Source: a virus (Duplodnaviria; Caudoviricetes). Taken from it: a stretch of DNA of 64,000 bases. This document shows, piece after piece, positions 19,224-28,562 of the stretch. The position numbers and the translations under genes were made by a program. Position 1 is the first letter of the stretch. Every line of letters begins with the position of its first letter. The stretch spans positions 64,001 through 128,000 of IMG/VR virus record IMGVR_UViG_3300014205_000172. One strand, 5' to 3'. Below the pieces are notes generated by a model. It saw only the letters and a program-made list of their open reading frames with translations, made no database searches and was not told where the DNA came from.

Positions 19224-20228
19224 ATGACAACTGGTAACCTGATCCAAGCTCAAACCCGCAGCCTGACGTTCTACGCCGCTGGCGGTACCGCGGTCAACCT
19301 GTTGCGCGCCCACCGCTCGGATACGCCGAAGCACACTGATGCAATGGCTGATGAGAAGTACTGCTTCATCGACACCAGTATCGCTAACCTGCGTGACGTC
19401 ATCGAAGCCGATACTTTCGTTCTGGAAGGCACTGATGGTTCTGGTTCCGACCGTCCACGTAACGCCAAGGCTGTAATGGAAGCCATGCCGGCTATCCTGA
19501 ACCAATTCAAACCAGGCGATACCAACATCGTGATCTTCTCCGCCGCCGGCGGTACTGGTAGTGTGGCCGGTCCAATCATTCTGGAAGAACTGCTGAAGTC
19601 CAAGAAGAAAGTGTTTGCCATCGTCATCGGCACTCATGGTTCTCTCAAGGCTACCGCCAACACCATCGCTACCCTCACCGGCCTGGAAATGGCAGTGAAC
19701 CGCGTTGGGCGCTCCGTCGTCATGGCGTATCGTGAAAACGACCCTACCAAAAACAACGCCGGCAACAACGTTGTGCCGATGATGATCATGGAAGCCCTGT
19801 CCCTTCTCTGCTCCGGCAAGAACAACCAGCTGGACGGCGCCGACATTGGCAACATGATCGACTACCACACCGTTACTCACCACAAGCCTTCGCTGTCGAT
19901 GCTGGATGTATACGTCAACGAAGAGCAGCTGGTGAAAGAAAGCACCAATCCGATCGTACACATCGCACTGTTGCGTAACGAAGAAGCCATCACCCCGGCT
20001 ATCAATCCAGCCTATGGCAAGTCCGGCTATCTGCCAATGGAAGCCGCAGAACGCTACAAGGAGTCTTTCCACTTCGTAGTCAGCAATTCGCGTCTGAAGG
20101 GCGTGTTGTCTAACCTTCTGAAACGTCGTGAAGAACTGGAATCCGAACAGCGCGTAGTTGAGCGTCAAACCAGTCTTGTCGGTGATGGCGATGTCAAAGT
20201 CGATCAAGGCACCGGCCTGGTGTTCTAA
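19224..20228 (+). CDS. phuZ: PhuZ phage tubulin (spindle protein)
   Basis: Tubulin/FtsZ motifs: AGGTAVN, IDTS, GSG, signature AGGTGS, T7-like NNQLDGAD. Acidic/hydrophobic C-terminal tail DVKVDQGTGLVF. Confidence 0.92.
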   Translation: MTTGNLIQAQTRSLTFYAAGGTAVNLLRAHRSDTPKHTDAMADEKYCFIDTSIANLRDVIEADTFVLEGTDGSGSDRPRNAKAVMEAMPAILNQFKPGDTNIVIFSAAGGTGSVAGPIILEELLKSKKKVFAIVIGTHGSLKATANTIATLTGLEMAVNRVGRSVVMAYRENDPTKNNAGNNVVPMMIMEALSLLCSGKNNQLDGADIGNMIDYHTVTHHKPSLSMLDVYVNEEQLVKESTNPIVHIALLRNEEAITPAINPAYGKSGYLPMEAAERYKESFHFVVSNSRLKGVLSNLLKRREELESEQRVVERQTSLVGDGDVKVDQGTGLVF

Positions 20229-20245
20229 GCAACACAACCGTTAAT

Positions 20246-20269
20246 GCGAGGCGGGGAAACCCGCCTCGT
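20246..20269 (+). terminator. Hairpin downstream of phuZ
   Basis: GCGAGGCGGG-GAAA-CCCGCCTCGT followed by TTATG. Confidence 0.65.
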
Positions 20270-20303
20270 TTATGCTGTCTAACTATCAATAGAGGAATCT
20301 ATA

Positions 20304-20552
20304 ATGTCAACCTTGTTTTTCCGCTGCGAACGTTGTAATACACGGGACCACATGAAGGCATGCCCTCCATGCTCCGGTGGGCACCTTATTTGTTATCGCT
20401 GTCAGTTCAATAGCTGGCATGACCAGTTCCCAGAAGAACAATACGACAGCTCGTTTCATGAGGTTGTCAACCCCACTCCTGACTCGACCGTAAATACGTT
20501 TACGTCAATGGGTGGTGGCGGTCCCGCGGTTCCATGGGACTATGACAATTGA
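20304..20552 (+). CDS. Small Cys-rich putative Zn-finger protein
   Basis: CERC, CPPC and CYRC motifs; GAGGA SD. Confidence 0.55.
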   Translation: MSTLFFRCERCNTRDHMKACPPCSGGHLICYRCQFNSWHDQFPEEQYDSSFHEVVNPTPDSTVNTFTSMGGGGPAVPWDYDN

Positions 20553-20720
20553 ACCTAATGACCGGAGAGCTTAAATGCTCTCTAAGGTCGTTGACTTTCT
20601 TTTTGGTACATGGGTAAGGGTCTTGATCCGTATAGCGCTGATAGGTCGTCTGTAGCGCCTTTAATTGTATCTTTCCACAGAATCAGCAGATAATGTGGTC
20701 ATCGGAGAGTGAGTACCTCT

Positions 20721-21101
20721 ATGAAAGCTGTATTGATTGATGTAAACCCAGTGCTTGAAAGGCTGAGCAAACGTGAAGGTGTTGGCTTCAATGCACCCGT
20801 AATGGAAAGCTGGGTAGCCAGGACCTATGGTCGCCGATGGGACGTGCAGTGTATCAGCACTCGACTGCTCCATGACTTCGGTAAGTCAAAAGGTGGTGCT
20901 TTTGAACAACTGTCGTTTGCTAAGTCCATGGATGGTCTTGGCTACGATCTGATCGGTACGCTGCCGGCGCCGGGCGAGTTTAAAATGCCGCTCAATGGAG
21001 CAAAGAGCCCAACCTTCTCAGTTCATCTGTCGGATGATGGATTCTTGGTGATCGGAGATCCAAATGAAGTTAACCGCTACCGGCGACACCCAGCTGATTG
21101 A
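20721..21101 (+). CDS. Small-protein array member 1
   Basis: N-terminal strand AVLIDV, C-terminal hairpin FSVHLSDDGFLVIG. Alternative GTG start at 20709. Confidence 0.6.
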   Translation: MKAVLIDVNPVLERLSKREGVGFNAPVMESWVARTYGRRWDVQCISTRLLHDFGKSKGGAFEQLSFAKSMDGLGYDLIGTLPAPGEFKMPLNGAKSPTFSVHLSDDGFLVIGDPNEVNRYRRHPAD

Positions 21102-21507
21102 TTTCAGCGAGATAGTCCGCTGGACCGTCAAGACCATTAGTCGCAACATGCCCGGAAGGTGTATAGACGAGGATAAGGTTGAGAAGTGTGTTGGGTCAAT
21201 TCTTGACAACACCTTGACAATGAACATGAAATGGACAAAGGTTCATCTACAACCGCCAGAAGAGCATTATCTGGCAATGATGGATATCCCAGACTATCCA
21301 GGTGGGTGGCTTTTTATCCAAGACATCGTCGATCACATTACGGGACTTCTTGAAAACATTATAGACTTACCGACGTGGCGCATTGTGTCCATGAGGATAA
21401 TGGGATCATTTGCTCGTATTGAGTTAGATGAAGATTTTCGTGTAAAAGATTGGATGGAACATCATGCTAAGGAATATGGATTACGTGACGAGGTTAGAAG
21501 GTGGTAA
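21064..21507 (+). CDS. Small-protein array member 2
   Basis: TQLIDF ... WRIVSMRIMGSFARIEL; overlaps both neighbours. Confidence 0.65.
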   Translation: MKLTATGDTQLIDFSEIVRWTVKTISRNMPGRCIDEDKVEKCVGSILDNTLTMNMKWTKVHLQPPEEHYLAMMDIPDYPGGWLFIQDIVDHITGLLENIIDLPTWRIVSMRIMGSFARIELDEDFRVKDWMEHHAKEYGLRDEVRRW

Positions 21508-22009
21508 CCAGTTCGTTACGCTGGATGTAGAATCCCAGGTCAATGAACTGACAGCCCTGCTGGAAGACCGCTACGATGATTGCTTTAAGCCTAGGCAGAA
21601 TGCTTACAAGCTGGTCAAGTCCCTTGTTCATCACATCACCAACCAGTGCACAGATTCTTTGTTCACCATCTGTAACCGTTATTCCAAGTCAACGCATGAG
21701 TATAACGCCCTGCTGTCTGCTGTAGTCCGCTATGATCACGAATTCAGACAGTCTTTAAATGAACTAGCGGGCGCCGATAACATCATTGGCCAGGTGAGGT
21801 TTTCAGAAGAAACAGAATTCATGGTTGTTCAAATATTTACATTGGATAATCGCTATGGCCAAGAAAGATTTGACAAATACATCGACTCTCTCAAAGCCGA
21901 TGGACAGCCAGTTTCAAGAGACGTTGAACGACTCCTCGAAGAATGGCGGTCCATTGACACGGACTTTCATTTACGACATCAAGGAATTGATGGTAGACGA
22001 GCTTTCTGA
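21476..22009 (+). CDS. Small-protein array member 3
   Basis: FVTLDV ... GQVRFSEETEFMVVQI; ATG 21476 with AAGGA SD. Confidence 0.65.
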   Translation: MDYVTRLEGGNQFVTLDVESQVNELTALLEDRYDDCFKPRQNAYKLVKSLVHHITNQCTDSLFTICNRYSKSTHEYNALLSAVVRYDHEFRQSLNELAGADNIIGQVRFSEETEFMVVQIFTLDNRYGQERFDKYIDSLKADGQPVSRDVERLLEEWRSIDTDFHLRHQGIDGRRAF

Positions 22010-22292
22010 TCAGGTCTTAATTGCACAAGACGCTTTAATCAAATCGTCACTTACCTATCTGTTGTTTGATGACGCTACGGAGTGGACCAGGTTAGGTGAG
22101 AAGTTCTCGACCAACCCTGCTGATGATGTCCCGCTAGGGTTCTACATGGATACCTGGTGGATGGATCACGCTGAGGCAATGAATAGCCTCTTCGCCGATC
22201 TGATAGCCATCCGGCCATTCCGTTGGGTCAGTGTCGTGGTGACAGACGATTTCGCTAAGATCACGGTGTATCCGACTGAGGATCGTTCATGA
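21900..22292 (+). CDS. Small-protein array member 4
   Basis: TFIYDI ... WVSVVVTDDFAKITV. Start uncertain (ATG 21900 or TTG 21954). Confidence 0.6.
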   Translation: MDSQFQETLNDSSKNGGPLTRTFIYDIKELMVDELSDQVLIAQDALIKSSLTYLLFDDATEWTRLGEKFSTNPADDVPLGFYMDTWWMDHAEAMNSLFADLIAIRPFRWVSVVVTDDFAKITVYPTEDRS

Positions 22293-22630
22293 CTGTAAGG
22301 ACCTTCTTAATTGATCTGGCCGACGCTCAGCTCCCAATAGGGTTCGGCTTCCCAGATCTGGGGGTCGACAATACGGTGTTGTTTAATGCGATGGTCAAAG
22401 CAGCTATTTGGGATGAAGATATCATTTACGATATGCGGGCCTGGTTTAATCAGTGCGGGTATTACTATCAAGGCGATAGTCTGATTGACCAGTATCATGG
22501 CCTAAGGACATTGTTACGAGATGTGATGAAACACCAAGACAGCCCCATCCCTAGTTTCTATGGCCGTCTATTGTCTACCGAGCTACTCGACCACAGATTT
22601 GCAGTTATCAATATCCAGGAGCTGACGTAA
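22289..22630 (+). CDS. Small-protein array member 5
   Basis: TFLIDL ... LLSTELLDHRFAVINI; ATGA coupling. Confidence 0.65.
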   Translation: MTVRTFLIDLADAQLPIGFGFPDLGVDNTVLFNAMVKAAIWDEDIIYDMRAWFNQCGYYYQGDSLIDQYHGLRTLLRDVMKHQDSPIPSFYGRLLSTELLDHRFAVINIQELT

Positions 22631-23022
22631 TGACACAGTCAGTCATCATTGAAATCAGAAGCGACATAGCCGAGTCTATCGACCGACTCGGTGATTACAT
22701 CCCCGAAGGCGACCGCAATCACTTTGTTTCTAGCGCTATGGGTATCGTTGTGGCAAACATCTTGCACGATGATAACAATGAAGCAGCACTTGATGCAATG
22801 GACCGCCTTGTTACAAACGCAGGTCTTTCCAAACCTAATGAGGCGTCAAACCTTTTAGGTGAAATGCTGGTGCTGGGCAATGTCTTTAAAGAGACATACA
22901 GGCATCATGATGAAACGTTTAAAGCCCTGGAGAAATTACTCCCCAATGATCTTAGGGTGGGTCTTGATGAGATATTTCATGTCGAGATCTCCTCAGGTGG
23001 AGATTTCTTGAGGATTCGCTGA
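22630..23022 (+). CDS. Small-protein array member 6
   Basis: SVIIEI ... IFHVEISSGGDFLRIR; TAATG coupling. Confidence 0.65.
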   Translation: MTQSVIIEIRSDIAESIDRLGDYIPEGDRNHFVSSAMGIVVANILHDDNNEAALDAMDRLVTNAGLSKPNEASNLLGEMLVLGNVFKETYRHHDETFKALEKLLPNDLRVGLDEIFHVEISSGGDFLRIR

Positions 23023-23414
23023 TGCCCTTTTTCATTATCAACCTAGACAAGGAGGCGATCAGCGACCTGCAAGAGGTCGCTGATCGCCTTATGCACTTAG
23101 ATGAGTATTGTGGTGAAGACCGATCGGTCGCTATGTCTGATCTGGTTGATGCATTACTACACTACTGGCTGATTGCCGACTTTGATAGACTGGATCTGAT
23201 GCTCGATGATCTCAAACAAGACCGACCCTTATTCAGGGATGGTGAAATCATCGAAGCCTTCTATCGGCTGGCTAACCCGCAGCGGTCAGGCTACCGGGAC
23301 TTAACTTCTAGCTCCATAGATGTGCAACGTCAGTTGTTAGAGATTGATGAAATCATTACCTACGATGTGAAGGTAGATACTTTCTTTAACACGATTGGCT
23401 TCGGGATATATTAA
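23022..23414 (+). CDS. Small-protein array member 7
   Basis: FFIINL ... YDVKVDTFFNTIGFGI; TGATG coupling. Confidence 0.65.
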   Translation: MPFFIINLDKEAISDLQEVADRLMHLDEYCGEDRSVAMSDLVDALLHYWLIADFDRLDLMLDDLKQDRPLFRDGEIIEAFYRLANPQRSGYRDLTSSSIDVQRQLLEIDEIITYDVKVDTFFNTIGFGIY

Positions 23415-23424
23415 AGAGGTACCC

Positions 23425-23739
23425 ATGCAGTCAAACCGATTTATCTTCGATACACCTAAGGGAGGTTCCATTAACCTTCCTATGTTACAAAAGCTCATTA
23501 CGTTTTGGGCGACCGAGATCAACGACCAACACCAGTTCTTAAATGATGTACAGGAACAGTTCTTACGCCGGGCGTATCGCGCCAGTGGCGAAGACATTGA
23601 AAAATACACCGATATCGTTATGGAAATCTTCGGTTACAGCGGGATCATGACGGAGCTGATTAAAGAAAATCAGATCTTGAATGAGATCACCTGTAACGTC
23701 GATAACGATTTTGGTGAAGTGATTCTGGAGTGGTTATGA
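23425..23739 (+). CDS. Small-protein array member 8
   Basis: RFIFDT ... ITCNVDNDFGEVILEW; ATG 23425 with GAGGT SD. Confidence 0.65.
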   Translation: MQSNRFIFDTPKGGSINLPMLQKLITFWATEINDQHQFLNDVQEQFLRRAYRASGEDIEKYTDIVMEIFGYSGIMTELIKENQILNEITCNVDNDFGEVILEWL

Positions 23740-24098
23740 AAGCGCTCGTAAGGGTAGAGAAAGATACAGCGTTCCTAGTCAATGATTCACGCCTAAATGC
23801 ATTCAGCGAAGCTGATATTAAAACGTATCTATGGCTTTTGAAAGATGTGGCTACTGACGTCACTGAACGTATTCCTATTTCATTACTTGTACCAGTCTGG
23901 CCCCCGCATGAGATGCTGTTAAAAGAATTTAGCGATTCAGCACCTGTCCGCACTCTGTATAGTGTGTTGGAAGATGTTCTTTCTAACGCGGGTTATTCAT
24001 TGGGTGTGCTTACCACACTTGAGGTCGAGAAACATGAACCGACTGAACTCACAGTCTTTAAGGCCCAGACTCGATTCAGAGTCTACACGCTGCACTGA
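23736..24098 (+). CDS. Small-protein array member 9
   Basis: ATGA coupling at 23736-39; ALVRVE ... ELTVFKAQTRFRVYTL. Weaker fit to the pattern. Confidence 0.6.
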   Translation: MKALVRVEKDTAFLVNDSRLNAFSEADIKTYLWLLKDVATDVTERIPISLLVPVWPPHEMLLKEFSDSAPVRTLYSVLEDVLSNAGYSLGVLTTLEVEKHEPTELTVFKAQTRFRVYTLH

Positions 24099-24513
24099 AA
24101 CGTATCTGTTTGATTTCACAGACGAAGTTGGGAAGTTTGTAGATAACTCCGACTGTTCGGTAGAGGACCTGGGGTACAAGGTTGAATCAATCATCACTTT
24201 CTTCCTAAATGGTTCTTCTGATATTGAGGCAGTTGTCGATGTATTCTGGAAGAACATGTACGCGGGCACTCCAAAGGACGCGCTGATCTTAGCGAGCAAT
24301 GCTGTAGGGCAGCTGTATCCGGGCATGTTGACTCAAATCAAATCACAGGGTCTGACACACCAGTGCATTATTGACATGAGTGTTAAGTACACCGAAGATA
24401 CCGGCCGTGGAATGATTGAATGCCTGGTCTTGGTAAAAGTAAATGGTCGGGGAGTGGGGAATGGATTATCAGCGAACGGTGGGTTATTGCCCAGGCTTGG
24501 CGGCCAAGATTGA
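24034..24513 (+). CDS. Small-protein array member 10
   Basis: TYLFDF ... IIDMSVKY..IECLVLVKV; ATG 24034 with GAGGT SD. Confidence 0.6.
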   Translation: MNRLNSQSLRPRLDSESTRCTETYLFDFTDEVGKFVDNSDCSVEDLGYKVESIITFFLNGSSDIEAVVDVFWKNMYAGTPKDALILASNAVGQLYPGMLTQIKSQGLTHQCIIDMSVKYTEDTGRGMIECLVLVKVNGRGVGNGLSANGGLLPRLGGQD

Positions 24514-24880
24514 AGAGCTGGTAGCCGAAAGGCTCACCTACGAATACTTCGATGATCCGATCAGCGATGCTCGGTTCGAATTGCAACTGATGCATGACCG
24601 CCGGCTTTATCGTCAGGAACTGTTGCGGGCATTGGGTAGTGTTCTGACACCAAGCGACATGCAAGATGCGGTAGAAGACATTTGCGACTTCGTTTCAGAT
24701 GAAACACTTCAAGCATTGCTAATGATGTACAGGCCATTTGTAATTCGGGTTAGTGATGATGATTTTTACGTGGCTGATTATTTAGAGGTGAATAATACAG
24801 GTAAGTCTGTATTCTTTAAACTCGGGACGCCAGAACATGAAGCTCGATTCAACAACCCTGAATGCTACGCTAAGCTTTGA
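24461..24880 (+). CDS. Small-protein array member 11
   Basis: Acidic helical core, C-terminal YLEVNNTGKSVFFKLG. Immediately upstream of the gp49-like gene. Confidence 0.6.
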   Translation: MDYQRTVGYCPGLAAKIEELVAERLTYEYFDDPISDARFELQLMHDRRLYRQELLRALGSVLTPSDMQDAVEDICDFVSDETLQALLMMYRPFVIRVSDDDFYVADYLEVNNTGKSVFFKLGTPEHEARFNNPECYAKL

Positions 24881-25229
24881 AACATACGCCGGCGTCAAGT
24901 ACAATCACATGAAGTTCATTGGGATGGTTGACGCCGTGACCATGATGGCATTGGGTCAGGACGCAGTTGGTCTGCATTTACAAAACAAACCTTACCTGCC
25001 AGACCCTAAGCCAGAAGCCTACACTGACTATAGTTACGCTATATTCGTCGGGTCTGAAAAGCAACGGGTCTATCTGGGGGTACCTTGGGTACGCGAAGAT
25101 TCGATCGTCAACAACGGTCAACCGAACTACATGATGACCATCATTGCCCCAACACCAGCGCAGCTCGACACACTGCGCTCGATGGCAGTGGCATCAGGTA
25201 TCGAAAACTTTACACTCAAAGCTATTTAA
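24837..25229 (+). CDS. Conserved Chimalliviridae protein (phiKZ gp49-like)
   Basis: 'H..NKPYLP..P....Y.Y....YLGVPWVRE' pattern; immediately upstream of the DNA polymerase. Confidence 0.6.
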   Translation: MKLDSTTLNATLSFETYAGVKYNHMKFIGMVDAVTMMALGQDAVGLHLQNKPYLPDPKPEAYTDYSYAIFVGSEKQRVYLGVPWVREDSIVNNGQPNYMMTIIAPTPAQLDTLRSMAVASGIENFTLKAI

Positions 25230-25235
25230 TTCCGA

Positions 25236-25285
25236 CATAAGCCAGCTCCTTAGGGGGTTGGCGTTATGCCGCCATTTCTTTTTTT
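25236..25285 (+). terminator. Intrinsic terminator
   Basis: CATAAGCCAGCTCC-TTAG-GGGGTTGGCGTTATG followed by a T-tract. Confidence 0.65.
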
Positions 25286-25334
25286 ACTTGGGTTACCTAT
25301 CTTACATACGCCTTAGCCCCATGGACATAGTCAA

Positions 25335-27464
25335 ATGTCAACCAGTCAGAATCCGTTCATTCGTGATCACGCCGATTACAAACGTGACATCGACATCAAG
25401 CCAGCCGTAATCGACCAAATTTCAAAGTACATCAGCCTGCGTCTAAAAATCAGCCACAAGCAAGCAACCGAATGGATGTTGGAGAAACTTAAAGACCCGC
25501 AATGGAGAATTAAGGACCCAACTCTGGAACGTTTGCTGCGTAAAGGCCCAGGCTGGCGTATCGAGGATGAGACTACGTTCTTGTCCTACATTGAAGAGAT
25601 CATCGACAATAACTGGATCTTGTCGCCCGCACTGGTCGCGTACAAGCAAGCAGAAGATGAACTCTCTCCAATTGCTGAATGGCAAGAAGATAACATCGCT
25701 GCGCGTAAGAAGTCTAAGACTAACATGTTTGTGCTTAAACAAGCAGGTCAGTTGCTTAAGTCCGCTCTTGCCGACTATGACCAAAACGCCCGGAAGATTC
25801 GAATCAACGCCGTTTCTGGACAGCATGGTTCAGAAGGCAACCCTCTTTATCAAGCTACTGGTCACTACAGCCTCACCGCACTCTGCCGAGCTGCAGCAGG
25901 GTATGGTAACGGTACCGTAGAGAGGTTCCTGACGGGGAGTAAACACTACCACACGCCAGAGATAGCAAAAGCGAATCTGGTAGCGATCTTGACGATGGAA
26001 GACAAAGATCGCTTTAAAGAAGCTATGGACATGTACGAGTTAGTCTATCCGTCTGTGGATGACGTGCTGGCAATGGTTGAGCGTTCGACTAGCCTGTACT
26101 GGGAGTCCCCAGAAGAGTCCGCCATCATTCGTGACTGCATTACCGGCATGACCGATCTGGAACGTGCAATCGTTACCTATTCGGGTGACATGTTCCACTT
26201 GGCTAAGTACAACCCTGACATCATTCGTGAGTTCATGGGTGAGATGATCATTGATGATATCTCCACAATGCCTGAAGTAAATACCGACGCTGAGCTCAAA
26301 ACAATGAACTCAACAGACGTGGCGTACATCAATGCCTTGTGCGCTGACATCATGATCGGCTCTGACCACAAACGGGTTAAGGTCGATGATCCTGCTGGTT
26401 GGCAAGTGATTGGTAAAACAGCACGACGCTTTAAGGACGTGATGAGCCGGTTCCGCCCACTCATCTCCACCTTCTTTGTGCCACGTCACTTACCACCCAC
26501 TGTAGCGTCTCTGAAGGGCATTCAGCGCCGTGCATGTCTGGCGGCCGATACCGACTCCTCTATCTTTACCTGTGAGTCTTGGGTGAAGTGGTATTCGGGT
26601 GATCTGGTGCGTGGGCGTACTCAGGACCGTATCTGGTATCTGACCACCTACATGGCGTGTCAGTGTATCGCTCACTCGCTGGCTATGTTGTCAGCTAACG
26701 TGGGTGTGGAAGCGAAGAACCTCTTCCGCCTTGCGATGAAGAACGAATACGCATTCCCTGTATTCGCTCTGACTAACTTGGCTAAGCATTACTTCTCACT
26801 GATCTCGATGCGTGAGGGTAACGTTTACGAGAAGATGGCGCTTGAGATCAAAGGGGTAGAACTGCGTGGATCGACCATGCCTAAAGAAACCCTGGATGCA
26901 ATGAGCGACTTAATGGAAGAAATCCTCAATGCCGTTAACGAAGGTCGTAAGCTTAACGCTAAGGCTATGCTGACCGCTATTGCCGAACGTGAGATTGAAA
27001 CCATTCGGTCTATCAAGCGCGGTGAGTATAAGTACCTCAAGTCAGCCCAGATCAAACCCAATAGTGACAAGATCGTTCACTTTCAACTGTGGCAAGAAGT
27101 ATTTGCCCCTAAATACGGTGACTCCGTACAGCCACCATTCCCAGTGGTGAAGGTAACAACTGAGCTGACTAACAAGACCTTGACTAAGGAATGGTTGGAC
27201 AGCATTGAAGACCGAGAACTGGCTAATCGGATGATTGCATGGTTTAGCCGAACAGGTCGTGACAAACTACCCACCATGTACTTACCCACTCAGATTGTGC
27301 GTAACAGTGGACTACCTGTGGAGATTCAGGAAGCTGCTAACGTACGCAAGTTGGCCTACCAGATCAATAGTGGTTTCTACCGCCTCTTGGAGTCTACTGG
27401 CCTTGCTATCGTTGACCGTAACCATCATCGCCTTGTTCACGACTTCTTGAGGATGACTGCATGA
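25335..27464 (+). CDS. Split family-B DNA polymerase, polymerase-domain subunit (phiKZ gp50-like)
   Basis: Motif B-like Q.ARKIRINAVSG, motif C AADTDS, then KHY and IKGVE. Confidence 0.88.
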   Translation: MSTSQNPFIRDHADYKRDIDIKPAVIDQISKYISLRLKISHKQATEWMLEKLKDPQWRIKDPTLERLLRKGPGWRIEDETTFLSYIEEIIDNNWILSPALVAYKQAEDELSPIAEWQEDNIAARKKSKTNMFVLKQAGQLLKSALADYDQNARKIRINAVSGQHGSEGNPLYQATGHYSLTALCRAAAGYGNGTVERFLTGSKHYHTPEIAKANLVAILTMEDKDRFKEAMDMYELVYPSVDDVLAMVERSTSLYWESPEESAIIRDCITGMTDLERAIVTYSGDMFHLAKYNPDIIREFMGEMIIDDISTMPEVNTDAELKTMNSTDVAYINALCADIMIGSDHKRVKVDDPAGWQVIGKTARRFKDVMSRFRPLISTFFVPRHLPPTVASLKGIQRRACLAADTDSSIFTCESWVKWYSGDLVRGRTQDRIWYLTTYMACQCIAHSLAMLSANVGVEAKNLFRLAMKNEYAFPVFALTNLAKHYFSLISMREGNVYEKMALEIKGVELRGSTMPKETLDAMSDLMEEILNAVNEGRKLNAKAMLTAIAEREIETIRSIKRGEYKYLKSAQIKPNSDKIVHFQLWQEVFAPKYGDSVQPPFPVVKVTTELTNKTLTKEWLDSIEDRELANRMIAWFSRTGRDKLPTMYLPTQIVRNSGLPVEIQEAANVRKLAYQINSGFYRLLESTGLAIVDRNHHRLVHDFLRMTA

Positions 27465-27892
27465 AAGATGATTATGTAAGTATTCAGATTCCAAAATCGT
27501 TACAGGGCGAAACAAAACCAGATGAGCCGATCTATAATCCACTGGCAAAGACCCAATACGTCGCCTACCCAGGTGATAAGTTCTTCCATCTGAAAACAAC
27601 CCACGGGGTCTCGTGGACAGTTGCTGTCTATCTGGTAATGGTAAAGTACCGCTTTGTAATCGATTGGATAAGCTTTGTTCAAGAAGCCCGAAAGAACAAG
27701 TGGTACGATTTCCAGACGGTTAAAGCAATTGAATCGTCTTTGCAGGAATCCGGCGTAGACAGGACCTTAGTGGATGGGATCATGTTGCGCATGAAACATT
27801 ACATGCAAAACAATAAGCAGATCTTCTGGGACGACATTCCTAACCTCCCTAAGTGTTTCCCCAGCGACTGGTCTTTGGAACAGGAGGCTTGA
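27461..27892 (+). CDS. Hypothetical protein
   Basis: 143 aa, ATGA-coupled to the polymerase gene. Confidence 0.6.
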   Translation: MKDDYVSIQIPKSLQGETKPDEPIYNPLAKTQYVAYPGDKFFHLKTTHGVSWTVAVYLVMVKYRFVIDWISFVQEARKNKWYDFQTVKAIESSLQESGVDRTLVDGIMLRMKHYMQNNKQIFWDDIPNLPKCFPSDWSLEQEA

Positions 27893-27896
27893 AGAC

Positions 27897-28526
27897 ATGA
27901 GTGAATTTAAAGCAACGATGTTGTTTGAAAACATGGTAGGTGAGCATCCAGAAGATGTTAAACCTGTGTTGGTACAGCTGTGTGTGGTTTCAGACACCGC
28001 ACACGGTGCTTTGCGTAAAGCCGCTGACTTTATTGAGACTCGGGGCCGCATCGGCCTGAAGCGAGTTGATGTTGTAGAAGTCCCCGCCAGTGACAAGAGT
28101 TCCGCAGATCACAAGCCAGTAATGGTAGTGACTGATCTTAGTCGTGATCTGCCAGCTCCGCGCCATGGACTGTTTCCGGCGCACTTGAGAGACACTGCTA
28201 CGTTTCCAGGTCTTGGTAGTTTCTATCGGGAACACATTTCAGATGATGCTCCAACAATGGACTGTTTGGATTTCAAGGATACGTTAAAAGCTATGGATAG
28301 CTTAAAGGACGCCTGGGTTACAAACGATAGTCTGATTGACTGGCTCATAAAAAACCCTTGGGTTTCTTTAAAGACCATTGTCAAAGGCTCGCCGCCATTA
28401 CCGGAAGGTTATCCAATTGTGTTTGCAGAAGGTCCTTTGCCAAAAGCCATGGGTCTTGGGCATTTCAGGATTACACGCAGTGAGGGTGGTGCGGGTTGGA
28501 CCGATCCTGACAAAGCTAAAAAATAA
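27897..28526 (+). CDS. Hypothetical protein
   Basis: 209 aa, AGGAGG SD. Confidence 0.65.
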   Translation: MSEFKATMLFENMVGEHPEDVKPVLVQLCVVSDTAHGALRKAADFIETRGRIGLKRVDVVEVPASDKSSADHKPVMVVTDLSRDLPAPRHGLFPAHLRDTATFPGLGSFYREHISDDAPTMDCLDFKDTLKAMDSLKDAWVTNDSLIDWLIKNPWVSLKTIVKGSPPLPEGYPIVFAEGPLPKAMGLGHFRITRSEGGAGWTDPDKAKK

Positions 28527-28531
28527 GCGGC

Positions 28532-28562
28532 ATACAGGCAGGGCGCAATGCCCTGCCTGTAT
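28532..28562. terminator. Bidirectional hairpin between convergent genes (GCATA family)
   Basis: ATACAGGCAGGGC-GCAAT-GCCCTGCCTGTAT, with the same loop as the 8872 element. Confidence 0.75.

Noticed and set aside
19200-20237. 345-aa antisense ORF opposite phuZ (likewise 5301-6638 opposite the gp26-like gene)
   Set aside because: Same shadow effect; the sense strand carries clear family motifs.
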